A stretch of DNA of 64,000 nt, taken from Terriglobia bacterium. Lineage in GTDB: Bacteria; Acidobacteriota; Terriglobia; JAJPHL01; JAPKYU01. This document shows, piece by piece, positions 23,209 through 32,591 of the stretch. The notes beneath the pieces were generated by a model that was not told the origin of the DNA, made no database searches, and was given only the letters and a program-made list of their open reading frames with translations. The position numbers and the translations under genes are program-made. Every line of letters begins with the position of its first letter. The first letter of the stretch is position 1. Location of the stretch: assembly GCA_965206645.1 (NCBI GenBank), contig CBDBKE010000004.1:1600001-1664000 (forward strand), in the 5' to 3' direction.

Positions 23209-24693
23209 ATGTTCAACGAGTACTTTACGCCGACAGATTTCTTCCTGGTCAAGCCGGCCATCTTGCTGGCGCTGTTCGGCTGCGGCATCCTGCTGACCGA
23301 TTTTCTCCACGCGCCCCGCTACAAGTACCTGAACGCGGTCACCGCACTTCTAGGTCTAGGCTTTACCGGCTTCCAGCTCGTTCTCATCCAGCGCGCCATG
23401 TCCCGGGAGGGGTACATCGAGATCAGCGGTTTTCAGGGGGCGCTGGTGATGGACGGTTTCGCACTGTTCTTCTGCTGGGTGTTTCTGATCGCCACAGCAA
23501 TCGCCATCCTGTTTTCCATCCGCTACCTGGAGATCGAGGGCGAACACCACGGAGAATACTACGCGCTGATGCTGTTCAGCCTGGTCGGCATGTATTTCCT
23601 GGCGACGGGAATGGATCTGATCACCCTGTTCATCGGCCTGGAGACTATGGCGCTTTCGGTCTATGTGCTGGCCGGCTTCCTGCGGGGCGACCGCCGCTCG
23701 AACGAAGCAGCGCTGAAGTACTTCCTGCTGGGGGCGTTTTCCAGCGGCATCCTGGCCTTCGGCTTTTCGCTGCTCTACGGGATGTCAGGCTCGACGAGGC
23801 TCACGGAGATTGCTGAGGCGCTGGCCCGCCGGCCCGAAGGCGACCCGGTGGTGTACATGGCGTTGATCACCACCGCCACCGGACTGTTGTTCAAGGTGGC
23901 CGCCGTGCCGTTCCACCAGTGGGCTCCGGACGTCTACGAAGGCGCGCCCACCTCGATCACTGGTTTCATGTCTACTGCCCCCAAGGCCGCCGCGTTCGCC
24001 TTGCTGCTGCGCGTGTTTCTGGTGCCTTTCGCGTCCGTCCGTCCGGCCTGGGAAGGCATGCTGGTCGTGGTCTGCGTGCTGACGATGACCCTGGGAAACC
24101 TGTCAGCCATTAGCCAGAACAACACCAAGCGCCTGTTTGCCTACTCCTCCATCTCGCACGTGGGCTACATCCTGCTGGGCCTGGTGGCGGGCAATGAGAC
24201 GGGCATGAAGGGGATTCTCGTCTACATCCTGGTCTACGCCCTCATGAACCTGGGCGCCTTCACCGTGCTGGTGACGCTGCGGCGCAAGGACATCATCGGC
24301 GACGAAATCAAAGACCTCTCCGGGTTGTACTTCACCAATCCTGGCTCGGCGCTCATGATGCTGATTTTCCTGCTGTCACTGGCCGGCATTCCGCCCACCG
24401 CCGGCTTCCTGGGAAAGTACTTCATCTTTCTTGCGCTGATTGAGACCGGGCACTACGTGTTGGCCGTGTTCGCCGTGCTCTATGTGGCCGTGGCGCTCTA
24501 CTACTACTTCCGCCTGGTGGTGATGATGTTCATGCGCGAAGCGGCGGACGTGGAGCGCCCCAGCATTTCTCCCGGCGTGGGCGTGGCGCTGGCGGTGACC
24601 CTGGTCATGACTCTGGTGATCGGCATCTACCCCGAGCCTTTGTTGGAACCGTACATCCGGATGGCGAGCGAGGCGGTGCTGTTGCCGCGGTAA
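23209..24693 (+). CDS. nuoN: NADH-quinone oxidoreductase subunit N
   Basis: EAALKYFLLG, FKVAAVPFHQWAPDVYEGAP, SLAGIPPTAGF. Confidence 0.96.
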   Translation: MFNEYFTPTDFFLVKPAILLALFGCGILLTDFLHAPRYKYLNAVTALLGLGFTGFQLVLIQRAMSREGYIEISGFQGALVMDGFALFFCWVFLIATAIAILFSIRYLEIEGEHHGEYYALMLFSLVGMYFLATGMDLITLFIGLETMALSVYVLAGFLRGDRRSNEAALKYFLLGAFSSGILAFGFSLLYGMSGSTRLTEIAEALARRPEGDPVVYMALITTATGLLFKVAAVPFHQWAPDVYEGAPTSITGFMSTAPKAAAFALLLRVFLVPFASVRPAWEGMLVVVCVLTMTLGNLSAISQNNTKRLFAYSSISHVGYILLGLVAGNETGMKGILVYILVYALMNLGAFTVLVTLRRKDIIGDEIKDLSGLYFTNPGSALMMLIFLLSLAGIPPTAGFLGKYFIFLALIETGHYVLAVFAVLYVAVALYYYFRLVVMMFMREAADVERPSISPGVGVALAVTLVMTLVIGIYPEPLLEPYIRMASEAVLLPR

Positions 24694-24697
24694 TAAG

Positions 24698-24922
24698 GTG
24701 TCGGAAGAAAAGGAACCCGGTGCGTCCAGGAGCTGGAAGCAGGTCAGCCGGTATCTGGAAGTCGGCATCATGTTTCCGGCCTCGACGGTCGCGGGGTTGC
24801 TGGTCGGCTACGGTCTGGATCGCCTGTTCGGAACCCATTTTCTCTATTGGGTGTTCATGCTGGTGGGCATCGTCAGCGCCTTTGTGCAGCTGGTGCGACT
24901 CACGGGCAAATTGAATCATTGA
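24698..24922 (+). CDS. AtpZ/AtpI family protein
   Basis: GYGLDRLFGT between two hydrophobic segments; position upstream of atpB. Confidence 0.8.
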   Translation: MSEEKEPGASRSWKQVSRYLEVGIMFPASTVAGLLVGYGLDRLFGTHFLYWVFMLVGIVSAFVQLVRLTGKLNH

Positions 24923-24944
24923 CCGAATGAGTGAATGACTGCTA

Positions 24945-25403
24945 ATGAATGCCGAGGAGCAGTTCGTCGCCGCGGCCGTGCGCCGGATGTACCGCTGGAT
25001 GGGCGTTTGCGCGGTTGCCGTTACCCTGGCGGTGCTGGTGTGGAAGGGACCCTGGTACGGGGGAGGGTTCGCCGTCGGCGCGGCCCTGTCCATCCTGAAT
25101 TTCCATTGGATGAAAGGGGGCGTGGACCAGCTGGCCGCCTACTTCCAACCGACCACCGTACCGCCATCGGCAACCGCAGCTGTCCAGCCCGCGGGGCCGG
25201 CGCGCCGGCCCGGGCGCGCGGCTCCGGTGGTTAAGTTTGTGCTGCGTTACGCGTTGCTGATTGCGGTTGGCTATGCTATATTCCGCACTTCCATCTTGAG
25301 CCTGACCGCATTCTTGGCGGGCTTGTTTGTCTTTGTCGCCGGCGTCCTGGCGGAAATGATCTACGAACTGGCGACCGGAACGGGGGCCGGAACCTCGACC
25401 TAA
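24945..25403 (+). CDS. ATP synthase subunit I-like membrane protein
   Basis: Four hydrophobic segments, GAALSILNF, KFVLRY; directly upstream of atpB. Confidence 0.75.
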   Translation: MNAEEQFVAAAVRRMYRWMGVCAVAVTLAVLVWKGPWYGGGFAVGAALSILNFHWMKGGVDQLAAYFQPTTVPPSATAAVQPAGPARRPGRAAPVVKFVLRYALLIAVGYAIFRTSILSLTAFLAGLFVFVAGVLAEMIYELATGTGAGTST

Positions 25404-25408
25404 AGCAA

Positions 25409-26152
25409 ATGCATCCGGAAGAAACCCTGTGGTTCACCAAGTTGCTCAATTACCTGTTTGCCGGTCCGGTCAACCGGTTCCTGGAGGCACTTGGCATCCA
25501 CCCGCACAATCCCGCCGAGCCGATTCCCGACTACATGGCCATGCAGGTCCTGGTGGCGCTGGTCCTGGTGACCCTGGTCCTGTTCCTGCGCCTGCGGCTG
25601 TCGCTGGATCGTCCGGGGAAACTCCAGCACATTCTGGAAGCGGGCTACGGGTTTATCCGCAGCCAGGCGGAGGAAATTATCGGCCATCACGGGCACCGCT
25701 TCGTGCCCATGGTGCTGACGCTGGGCCTGTTCATCCTGTTCTGCAATCTCGTCGGCCTGATTCCCACCTTTGGGGCTGCCACGAGCCACATCGAAGTGAC
25801 GGTGGGCTGCGCCATGTTGGCTTTCATTTACTATCACTACGCAGGTGTGCGGCAGCAAGGCCTGTCCAAATACCTGAAGCATTTCACCGGCCCCATGTTG
25901 GTGCTCGCGCCGCTGATGATTATCGTTGAATTCTTTAGCCACCTGGCGCGTCCGCTCTCCCTGGCAGTACGTCTGTATGCCAACATTTTCGCGGGCCATA
26001 CGGTTGCGGCGATTTTCTTCAAGTTGAGTTGGGGGATCGTCGTCCCGATGGTTTTCTATGGGTTGGACACCTTCGTCTCGTTCCTGCAGGCTTATATTTT
26101 CATGCTTCTGACCATGGTGTACCTGTCTGGAGCTGTGGCCGAAGAGCACTAA
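25409..26152 (+). CDS. atpB: F0F1 ATP synthase subunit a
   Basis: SHLARPLSLAVRLYANIFAGH, LQAYIF. Confidence 0.95.
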   Translation: MHPEETLWFTKLLNYLFAGPVNRFLEALGIHPHNPAEPIPDYMAMQVLVALVLVTLVLFLRLRLSLDRPGKLQHILEAGYGFIRSQAEEIIGHHGHRFVPMVLTLGLFILFCNLVGLIPTFGAATSHIEVTVGCAMLAFIYYHYAGVRQQGLSKYLKHFTGPMLVLAPLMIIVEFFSHLARPLSLAVRLYANIFAGHTVAAIFFKLSWGIVVPMVFYGLDTFVSFLQAYIFMLLTMVYLSGAVAEEH

Positions 26153-26275
26153 GAACAGGTTTCAGGTGTCTGCGGAAGCGATGAAAAGTTTTCCTGACAC
26201 CTGGTTTTGCCTCCCCGGTGTGAGCCCGGCTGCACGAGGGATGTCCGGGAACCACCTCCCGGGGAGAATTCATAC

Positions 26276-26323
26276 GTAGCGGTCGGCTTTAGCCGGCCAT
26301 GGCGCCCTGAAAGGCGCGGCTAC
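26276..26323. repeat. REP/REPIN-like palindromic element
   Basis: GTAG-CGGTCGGCTTTAGCCGGCC ... GCGCCCTGAAAGGCGCGG-CTAC: two inward-facing GTAG-headed hairpins. Confidence 0.55.
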
Positions 26324-26337
26324 AAAAGGAGACGCAA

Positions 26338-26652
26338 GTGAAACGCAAACTCAGTTTTCTTTTCCTGGGGATGGTGCTCTTTCTGGTGGCCACCCCGGCG
26401 TTTGCTCAAGGGCCGGGGTCCGGCCAGGACAACGTCAAGTGGGTCATCATTACCTCGGGCTTCGCTATGGCCATCGCCTCGGGGGTCTGCGGCCTGGCGC
26501 AGGGGCGGGCCACTGCAGCCGCCGCCGAGGGCATGGCTCGCAATCCCAGTGCCACCGCGGCCATCCGCTTCGCGCTGATCCTAGGGTTGGCGTTGATCGA
26601 GTCGCTGGCGCTGTACACCTTCGTGATCATCTTCATTAAGGTCTCGACCTAA
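26338..26652 (+). CDS. atpE: F0F1 ATP synthase subunit c
   Basis: ARNPS loop, LIESLALY; AGGAG RBS with GTG start. Confidence 0.93.
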   Translation: MKRKLSFLFLGMVLFLVATPAFAQGPGSGQDNVKWVIITSGFAMAIASGVCGLAQGRATAAAAEGMARNPSATAAIRFALILGLALIESLALYTFVIIFIKVST

Positions 26653-26671
26653 CAGCCTGACCGGCTGATTC

Positions 26672-26710
26672 CGCTACCGGCCAGATCGCTCCGCGATCTG
26701 GCCGGTAGCG
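26672..26710. terminator. 18-bp perfect stem-loop between convergent genes
   Basis: CGCTACCGGCCAGATCGC-TCC-GCGATCTGGCCGGTAGCG. Confidence 0.7.
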
Positions 26711-26769
26711 TCAGTGCGCACCGGCAAGCGCCCCTGGACTGCTCATCGATGGCTTAGTGCTGTTGCTCC

Positions 26770-28254
26770 TTACGCAGGGAAAAAGTCCGGGGCAAGAGCG
26801 GCGGAGTGCTCACGCAGTAACTCCCATGCGGTGCGGACGTGCTCTTGGGTCGTGCGCAGGTTGCCGATGGCGAGCCGCAGGGTGAAGCGGCCGTTCAGCT
26901 CCGTGTGCGATAGGTAAACCTTTCCGCTGGCGTTCACCCTGTCCAGTAGCGCGGTGTTGAACTGATCGAGGCGGGTGTCGTCCGGCTCAACCGAGCGGGG
27001 CCGTGCGCGGAAGCAAACCACCGAGAAGGGCAGCGGCGCCAGGCGCTCGAAGCCCGGATCTTCATCCACCCAGCCGGCGAATTCCTGCGCCAGGCGGATA
27101 TGTTCGCGCAGGCGCACCCGAATCCCTTCCTGGCCGAAGTAGCGGAGCACAAACCACAGTTTGAGGGCGCGGAACCGGCGGCCGAGCTGCACGCCGTAGT
27201 CCATGTAGTTGTTGACGCACGCATCCTCTGGCGTGCGCAAGTATTCCGGGACCAGACTGAAGGCCGCCCGCAGCGTCTCCGGATGCCGGCAGTAGAAGGC
27301 GCTGCACTCGACAGGAGTGAACAGCCACTTGTGGGGGTTCAGCACCACTGAATCGGCGCGTTCCCACCCGGCCATCAGGGGACGATACTCCGGCACGATG
27401 GCGGCGGGTCCGGCGTAGGCCGCGTCTACGTGCAGCCAGAGTTTTTGGGCTGCGCAGATGTCGGCGATCGCCGGTAGGGGGTCCACACTGGTGGTGGAGG
27501 TGGTGCCGACCGTAGCCACCACGCAGAAGGGGAGCCAGCCAGCGGCGCGGTCCTCCCGTATGGCCGCCGCCAGCGCCTCCGGCCTCATGCGAAATTCCGA
27601 GTCCGCCGGGATCTTCCGCACCCCTTCATGGCCGAAGCCCAGCACAATGGCGCCCTTCTCGATGGAGGAATGCGCCTGCTCGGAGGTGTAGAGCCGAAGG
27701 CGGGGGCCGCCAGCCAGCCCGTGCTGGCGAAAGCCCAGTCCTAATGCTTCGCGTGCTGCTGCGATGGCGCGCATGCTGCTGACCGAGGCCCCCTCGGTCA
27801 GCACTCCGAAGAATTCCTCGGGTAGCCCGACCATCTTGCGAAGCCAGCTGAGAACCACTTCTTCCAGTTCGGTGGCGGCGGGGCCGGTGCGCCAGAGCAT
27901 GGCGTTGATGTTAAGCGCCTGGCTGAGCAACTCGCCCAGGATGCCAGGCCCCGAACCGGTGATGGCGAAGTAAGCAAAAAAGCCGGGGTGATTCCAGTGC
28001 GTCACGCCCGGCAGCAGCAGCCGTTCCCAATCGTCGAGCACGCTGGTGAAATCCTCGCCCGTCTCAGGCGCCACGTCCGGCAGCGCCGCCCGAAACTGGC
28101 CGGGCTCGACCTGCGGCAGGACAGAAAACCGCTCCGGGTGAGCCAGGTAGTCGGCGATCCAGTCAATCAGCCGATAGCCGTGCCGACGGAACTCCTCCGC
28201 GGGCATGTCCCCAGCCTTCCGTTCGGACGAAGTAACGGCCGGATCGGGGCCCAT
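26770..28254 (-). CDS. PLP-dependent aromatic-L-amino-acid decarboxylase-like protein (group II)
   Basis: PGVTHWNHPGFFAYF, PAATELE, LHVDAAY, NPHKWL, LGRRFRALKLW; start codon uncertain. Confidence 0.9.
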   Translation of the reverse strand: MGPDPAVTSSERKAGDMPAEEFRRHGYRLIDWIADYLAHPERFSVLPQVEPGQFRAALPDVAPETGEDFTSVLDDWERLLLPGVTHWNHPGFFAYFAITGSGPGILGELLSQALNINAMLWRTGPAATELEEVVLSWLRKMVGLPEEFFGVLTEGASVSSMRAIAAAREALGLGFRQHGLAGGPRLRLYTSEQAHSSIEKGAIVLGFGHEGVRKIPADSEFRMRPEALAAAIREDRAAGWLPFCVVATVGTTSTTSVDPLPAIADICAAQKLWLHVDAAYAGPAAIVPEYRPLMAGWERADSVVLNPHKWLFTPVECSAFYCRHPETLRAAFSLVPEYLRTPEDACVNNYMDYGVQLGRRFRALKLWFVLRYFGQEGIRVRLREHIRLAQEFAGWVDEDPGFERLAPLPFSVVCFRARPRSVEPDDTRLDQFNTALLDRVNASGKVYLSHTELNGRFTLRLAIGNLRTTQEHVRTAWELLREHSAALAPDFFPA

Positions 28255-28386
28255 GCTCGTTCTGCCGGATTTCGCCTTTTTCCTTTTTCGACTTCCGCCC
28301 TTCATGGCTGACCTGCCTCCCGAGGGCTAACCAGTCTCCGCCTTCAGGCAACCTTGTAGCTGGCCCCCGCTCCGGCGGGCTCCACT

Positions 28387-28434
28387 ACCCTCACCTACAC
28401 CCTCACCTACACCCTCACCTACACCCTCACCTAC
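28387..28434. repeat. 12-bp tandem repeat ACCCTCACCTAC x4
   Basis: Direct reading; intergenic. Confidence 0.92.
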
Positions 28435-28462
28435 AATGGTAACGCGGATTTTGGACGGAGGT

Positions 28463-29236
28463 TTACTGGAGGGGTTTCCACTTATCGGGGGCGTAGCAGA
28501 TGTTGTCGAGCGAGCATTCAGCGCAGTTCGGCCGCCGCGCCATGCAAAGCTTACGGCCGTGCCAGATGATCTGATGGCCAAACTCGATCCACTTTCGTTT
28601 CGGGATGATCTTCATCAGGTCCTGCTCAATCTTCTCGGGCGAGTTCTGTTGGGTAAAGTCGAGGCGCCGCGTGATGCGGTGGACGTGGGTGTCCACGACG
28701 ACCCCGGTGGCCTTGCCGAAGGCCGTGCCCAGCACCACATTGGCCGTCTTGCGGGCCACGCCAGGGAGAGTGAGAATCTGTTCCATAGTGTCCGGCACGC
28801 GCCCGGCAAACTCGGAGACGATTCTGCGTGCTGCTCCCACGATGGATCGGGCTTTGTTGCGGAAAAACCCGGTGGAGCGGATGTCTGGCTCCAGCTCCTC
28901 TGGCTCCAGCCGGGCGAAGGCATACACGTTGGGATACCTGCGGAACAGTTCGGGGGTCACCTGGTTGACGCGCTGGTCGGTGCACTGGGCAGAAAGGATA
29001 GTGGCCACCAGCAGTTGCCAGGCGTTGGTATGCCCCAGGGCACACTGCACATTCGGGTACAGCCGGTCCAGATCGCGCATGATCTGCGCGACGCGCTCCG
29101 GGGCGGTGCCTTTCCTGGATTTCGGATTTCGGATTTCGGATTTCCGATTGCGGGTCGAAGCCGCATTCCTCCCGGTACGCTGGACTTTCTTACCCCGCCT
29201 CTGGTTGCGTTGGGCACGGCGGCTAGCGGTTGTCAT
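28463..29236 (-). CDS. nth: Endonuclease III
   Basis: ILSAQCTD, LPGVARKTANVV HhH motif, VDTHV, CxxxxxxCxxCxxxxxC Fe-S motif. Confidence 0.95.
   Translation of the reverse strand: MTTASRRAQRNQRRGKKVQRTGRNAASTRNRKSEIRNPKSRKGTAPERVAQIMRDLDRLYPNVQCALGHTNAWQLLVATILSAQCTDQRVNQVTPELFRRYPNVYAFARLEPEELEPDIRSTGFFRNKARSIVGAARRIVSEFAGRVPDTMEQILTLPGVARKTANVVLGTAFGKATGVVVDTHVHRITRRLDFTQQNSPEKIEQDLMKIIPKRKWIEFGHQIIWHGRKLCMARRPNCAECSLDNICYAPDKWKPLQ
29117..29149. repeat. GGATTTC heptamer tandem repeat in the nth 5' region
   Basis: Four GGATTTC units; they encode RKSEIRNPKS. Confidence 0.8.
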
Positions 29237-29254
29237 AGGCGGGCCGCAATCCCC

Positions 29255-29962
29255 TCAGCCCCCCAAAGTGTCCAGTGTTTCCGGCAGGGGCTTCTGCAAG
29301 CAGGTGAAGATGGGAGTGTCGCGCAGAGTGTAACGGCTGGCCTCGGTTTCCCGCAGATCCATGACCACGTCCAGGAAATCGCCCGGCTTGTCGGTCTCAA
29401 AGGCCACCACAAATTCCTGGTCGTCCAGGCCGAACGAGTAGGTGGTGTTCAGCTTGACCGAGGGGTACTTGTGCCCCACCGTGATATGTTCGTTCATCAT
29501 CCCCTGCCGCGCCGTCATCGACATCCGGTACCAGTCGCGCGTCTTCACGAAGGGGTAGACGAACAGGTACTTGTGCTGGCCGGGCAGGATTTGCCCGCGC
29601 GAGTCCACTTGGCCGGGGTGCTCGTGCCCCAGAAGATAGGTGGAGCGCTTGGTCATCGCCAGGAAGGAATATGCCGTTGAAAGATAGTGCCCCAGGCCGG
29701 TGGCCCGAAGACAGGAGTTCAGTTCCTGCAGCTCTTCCAGGCTGTAGCAGATGAGCCACAGCATCATGTCACAGTCGGCGCGGGTTCCGACCGTCGTGTA
29801 GGAGAGCGCCTTGAAGCGGTCCTCCTGGGCATGGCTCTCCACCGCTCGGCAGAACTCTTCCTTACCTCGTTCCCGTTCCTCCTTGGGGAGCCGCCGCCAG
29901 AGGGGATCCACTTTGTAGAATACGAAACTGACAAACTGCCGCTTCTGCTCGGATTCAGGCAT
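29255..29962 (-). CDS. Chlorite dismutase / coproheme decarboxylase (HemQ-like) family protein
   Basis: YPFVKTRDWY, MMNEHITVG, YSFGLDDQEFVVAFE, LRETEAS. Confidence 0.88.
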   Translation of the reverse strand: MPESEQKRQFVSFVFYKVDPLWRRLPKEERERGKEEFCRAVESHAQEDRFKALSYTTVGTRADCDMMLWLICYSLEELQELNSCLRATGLGHYLSTAYSFLAMTKRSTYLLGHEHPGQVDSRGQILPGQHKYLFVYPFVKTRDWYRMSMTARQGMMNEHITVGHKYPSVKLNTTYSFGLDDQEFVVAFETDKPGDFLDVVMDLRETEASRYTLRDTPIFTCLQKPLPETLDTLGG

Positions 29963-30039
29963 GGGGAAATAATAACATTGCCGGAGGCCAGTAGCGCAGG
30001 TGAGAACGCAGAAGCTTCTTCCCTGCGAAATTGGCCCTC

Positions 30040-30660
30040 CTAAGTGATTTGCTGCTGCGAGAGCCAGCCCAGCATGGCGCGAAACGCGCGGCCGCGGTGG
30101 CTGTAGCGCAATTTCTCTTCGGGCGACAGTTCGGCGAAGGTACGGCCTAATTCAGGGAGCATGAACAGCGGGTCGTATCCAAAGCCGCCACTGCCGCGAG
30201 GGACATCGGCTACGACGCCTTCTACCTGGCCTTCAAAGCTGCCTAGGACCCGGCCTTCCCGGGCCAGTGCCAGGGAGCAGCGAAAGCGCGCTCGTCTCTG
30301 TGCCGCGGGCAGCGGACCTAGTTCCCTCAGCAGCTTTTCGTTGTTGCGGGCGTCAGCGTCTGGGGCAGCGGACTTGGCCGCCCCGGAGTAGCGGGCCGAA
30401 AGCACTCCAGGCGCGCCCCTCAGCGCTTCCACTTCCAGGCCCGAATCGTCGGCAAAGACCAGACCGGAACACTCGTGGCTGTAATGCACCGCTTTCTTGC
30501 GGGCGTTCTGGACAAAGGTAGCTCCGTCTTCGAGGCAGTCGGGCAGCGAAGCCAGGCCGGGGAGTGGCTTGACCAGAGGGGCAACGCATTCTTGCCGGGC
30601 GGCAGCCTGGAATTCAGCCAGCTTTGCGGGATTGGAGGTGGCCGCGAAGAGCGTCAGCAC
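30040..30660 (-). CDS. rdgB: Non-canonical purine NTP pyrophosphatase
   Basis: ATSNPAK, ADDSGL, GAPGVLSARY, GFGYDPLF, SHRG. Confidence 0.92.
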   Translation of the reverse strand: MLTLFAATSNPAKLAEFQAAARQECVAPLVKPLPGLASLPDCLEDGATFVQNARKKAVHYSHECSGLVFADDSGLEVEALRGAPGVLSARYSGAAKSAAPDADARNNEKLLRELGPLPAAQRRARFRCSLALAREGRVLGSFEGQVEGVVADVPRGSGGFGYDPLFMLPELGRTFAELSPEEKLRYSHRGRAFRAMLGWLSQQQIT

Positions 30661-30678
30661 AGCCGTGTCCCGGGAGGC

Positions 30679-31413
30679 TCAACGGCGTACGGCAGCCCGC
30701 AGTGGTGCCGCTGCTTTCTGCTGCTTCATCAGGGTTTCTACGCCTTGGCGCCCCAGAGCCAGCAGTTGTTGTAGTTGGGACTCGTCGAAGGGCTGTTGTT
30801 CGGCAGTGGCCTGCACTTCGACCAGGCGTCCGGCGCCGGTGAGCACCAGGTTCATGTCGACCTCAGCGTGCGAGTCTTCCTCGTAGTTCAGGTCCAGCAT
30901 CGGGGTGCCATCCACAATTCCCACGCTGACGGCCGCCACGTAGTCGGTAAGTGGAGAAGAAGGCAGGTCACCCTGCTGCACGAGTTGCTCGAAGGCCAGA
31001 GCCAAAGCCACGCAGGCGCCTGTGATGGAGGCGGTTCGGGTGCCGCCATCGGCCTGAATCACATCGCAGTCCAGCCACACGGTGCGCTCGCCAAACGCTG
31101 CCAGATTGGTGACCGCGCGCAGCGAGCGCCCAATGAGCCGCTGGATTTCCTGCGTCCGGCCGGAGAGGCGGCCGCGCGAGGCTTCGCGTGGAGTGCGGGT
31201 GAGAGTGGCGCGTGGCAGCATCCCGTATTCGCCGGTTACCCAGCCCTTTCCGCTGCCACGCAGGAAGTGCGGGACACCCGCGTCCAGCGTCGCAGTGCAG
31301 ATCACGCGGGTGCCGCCGACTTCGATCAACGCTGACCCTTCCGCTGTGCGGATGAAGTTGGGGACAATGCCCACGGGTCGCATTTGATCGTGTTGGCGTC
31401 CGTCAGTTCGCAT
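30679..31413 (-). CDS. rph: Ribonuclease PH
   Basis: [33 protein letters not shown]. Confidence 0.96.
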   Translation of the reverse strand: MRTDGRQHDQMRPVGIVPNFIRTAEGSALIEVGGTRVICTATLDAGVPHFLRGSGKGWVTGEYGMLPRATLTRTPREASRGRLSGRTQEIQRLIGRSLRAVTNLAAFGERTVWLDCDVIQADGGTRTASITGACVALALAFEQLVQQGDLPSSPLTDYVAAVSVGIVDGTPMLDLNYEEDSHAEVDMNLVLTGAGRLVEVQATAEQQPFDESQLQQLLALGRQGVETLMKQQKAAAPLRAAVRR

Positions 31414-31620
31414 AGTTTGTCACGAGCCTTCCGAGGGCGCTATTACAGGACGGCAGGCTGGCGCTCGCCGCTATCTGCGGCTTGGCCCCGGCCGGCCGCG
31501 CAACCATCCAACCGAGGGCCTCCACGCCAACCGCGGGCGCGCGCGGCGCCATCGAATCCATCATGTAGGACCTCATGTAGGAAATGATAGCGCGAAGCCG
31601 CCAGGACGCAACCCACCTAT

Positions 31621-31650
31621 CTTGGCTGCTACCAGCTTGGCTGCTACCAG
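31621..31650. repeat. 15-bp tandem duplication CTTGGCTGCTACCAG spanning the pseudopilin stop codon
   Basis: Direct reading. Confidence 0.85.
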
Positions 31651-32120
31651 GTGCTATAGGGGGTTCCTTCCAGCGAGGCGCGTTCGGAGCTGCTGCGGAC
31701 GTCCACGATGCCGGGCTCGGTCTGGTCCACAGCCATGAGCGTGTCCTCCATCTCCTCCTGCCAGGTTGTGTTGCTGCCGGTGAATGGGTCGCGCGGAATC
31801 ACGCGCAAATAGCCTCCCGACACCAGGTCCTCCAGCGACTGCGGTGCTTTCTGCTTGTCCAAGGTGTATTCGTCAATCAGTTGCCGCATCGTAAACAGGT
31901 TGTCACGCAGCACCGCTTCCTTGGCACGAATGATCGAATTGCGGTAGATCGGTGCCGCCACCGAGATCAGGATCAGGATAATCGAGACAACGACAATCAG
32001 TTCGATCAGAGTAAAGCCGGCGGCAACAGATGCATTTCGTCCAGCTCGAGCAGCAAGATGCCGGCTGCAGCAGGTTAACGCACCCTGGGACCGGGCCTGG
32101 CTCCGGTCACCAATCGGCAT
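31644..32120 (-). CDS. Type II secretion pseudopilin (GspG-like)
   Basis: Prepilin motif G|FTLIEL, LRVIPRDPFT. Confidence 0.88.
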   Translation of the reverse strand: MPIGDRSQARSQGALTCCSRHLAARAGRNASVAAGFTLIELIVVVSIILILISVAAPIYRNSIIRAKEAVLRDNLFTMRQLIDEYTLDKQKAPQSLEDLVSGGYLRVIPRDPFTGSNTTWQEEMEDTLMAVDQTEPGIVDVRSSSERASLEGTPYSTW

Positions 32121-32571
32121 ACTGGCTTCCATCCAGTGCGGTGTCCTGACTCTTGGTATAAACGTCGAAGAGGTTCTCGCCCCCCCAGCTCATGGACTGG
32201 GGGTCGTCCTGCATCGAGCGCAGTCCCCAGTCGTCAGAATTGGTCATGGGGTCACGCGGGATGCGTCGCAGAAACTTGAACTTCTTGTCTACCTGGCCCA
32301 CCATGTCTACGCCGTTGACCAATGTTTCCAGGTCAGGCGGATATCCTTCGCTTCCCACCTCCACCTGGATCAGGCCGCGGTCTGCGGCGTCCTTGTAGCG
32401 GTCAACTGCATCGCGCATCTGGCGCAGGGCGTAGCGGAGTTCGCGTTCGCGCTCGCGCTTGACCTTGACGCGCGCCAGCGGCAGCGCCATAGTCGTAAGA
32501 ATCAGCAGAATCGTGAAGGCAACGATCAATTCCACTAGGCTTAGGCCCTGCTCGCTTCTCCACTGCCTCAT
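32107..32571 (-). CDS. Type II secretion pseudopilin (GspG-like)
   Basis: G|LSLVEL, FLRRIPRDPMT. Confidence 0.88.
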   Translation of the reverse strand: MRQWRSEQGLSLVELIVAFTILLILTTMALPLARVKVKRERERELRYALRQMRDAVDRYKDAADRGLIQVEVGSEGYPPDLETLVNGVDMVGQVDKKFKFLRRIPRDPMTNSDDWGLRSMQDDPQSMSWGGENLFDVYTKSQDTALDGSQYADW

Positions 32572-32591
32572 AGCCCGATTGCTCCATCGCC

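Noticed and set aside
29255-29962. True chlorite dismutase (perchlorate respiration)
   Set aside because: No signal peptide or perchlorate/chlorate reductase context; the two-domain cytoplasmic form fits a HemQ-like role better
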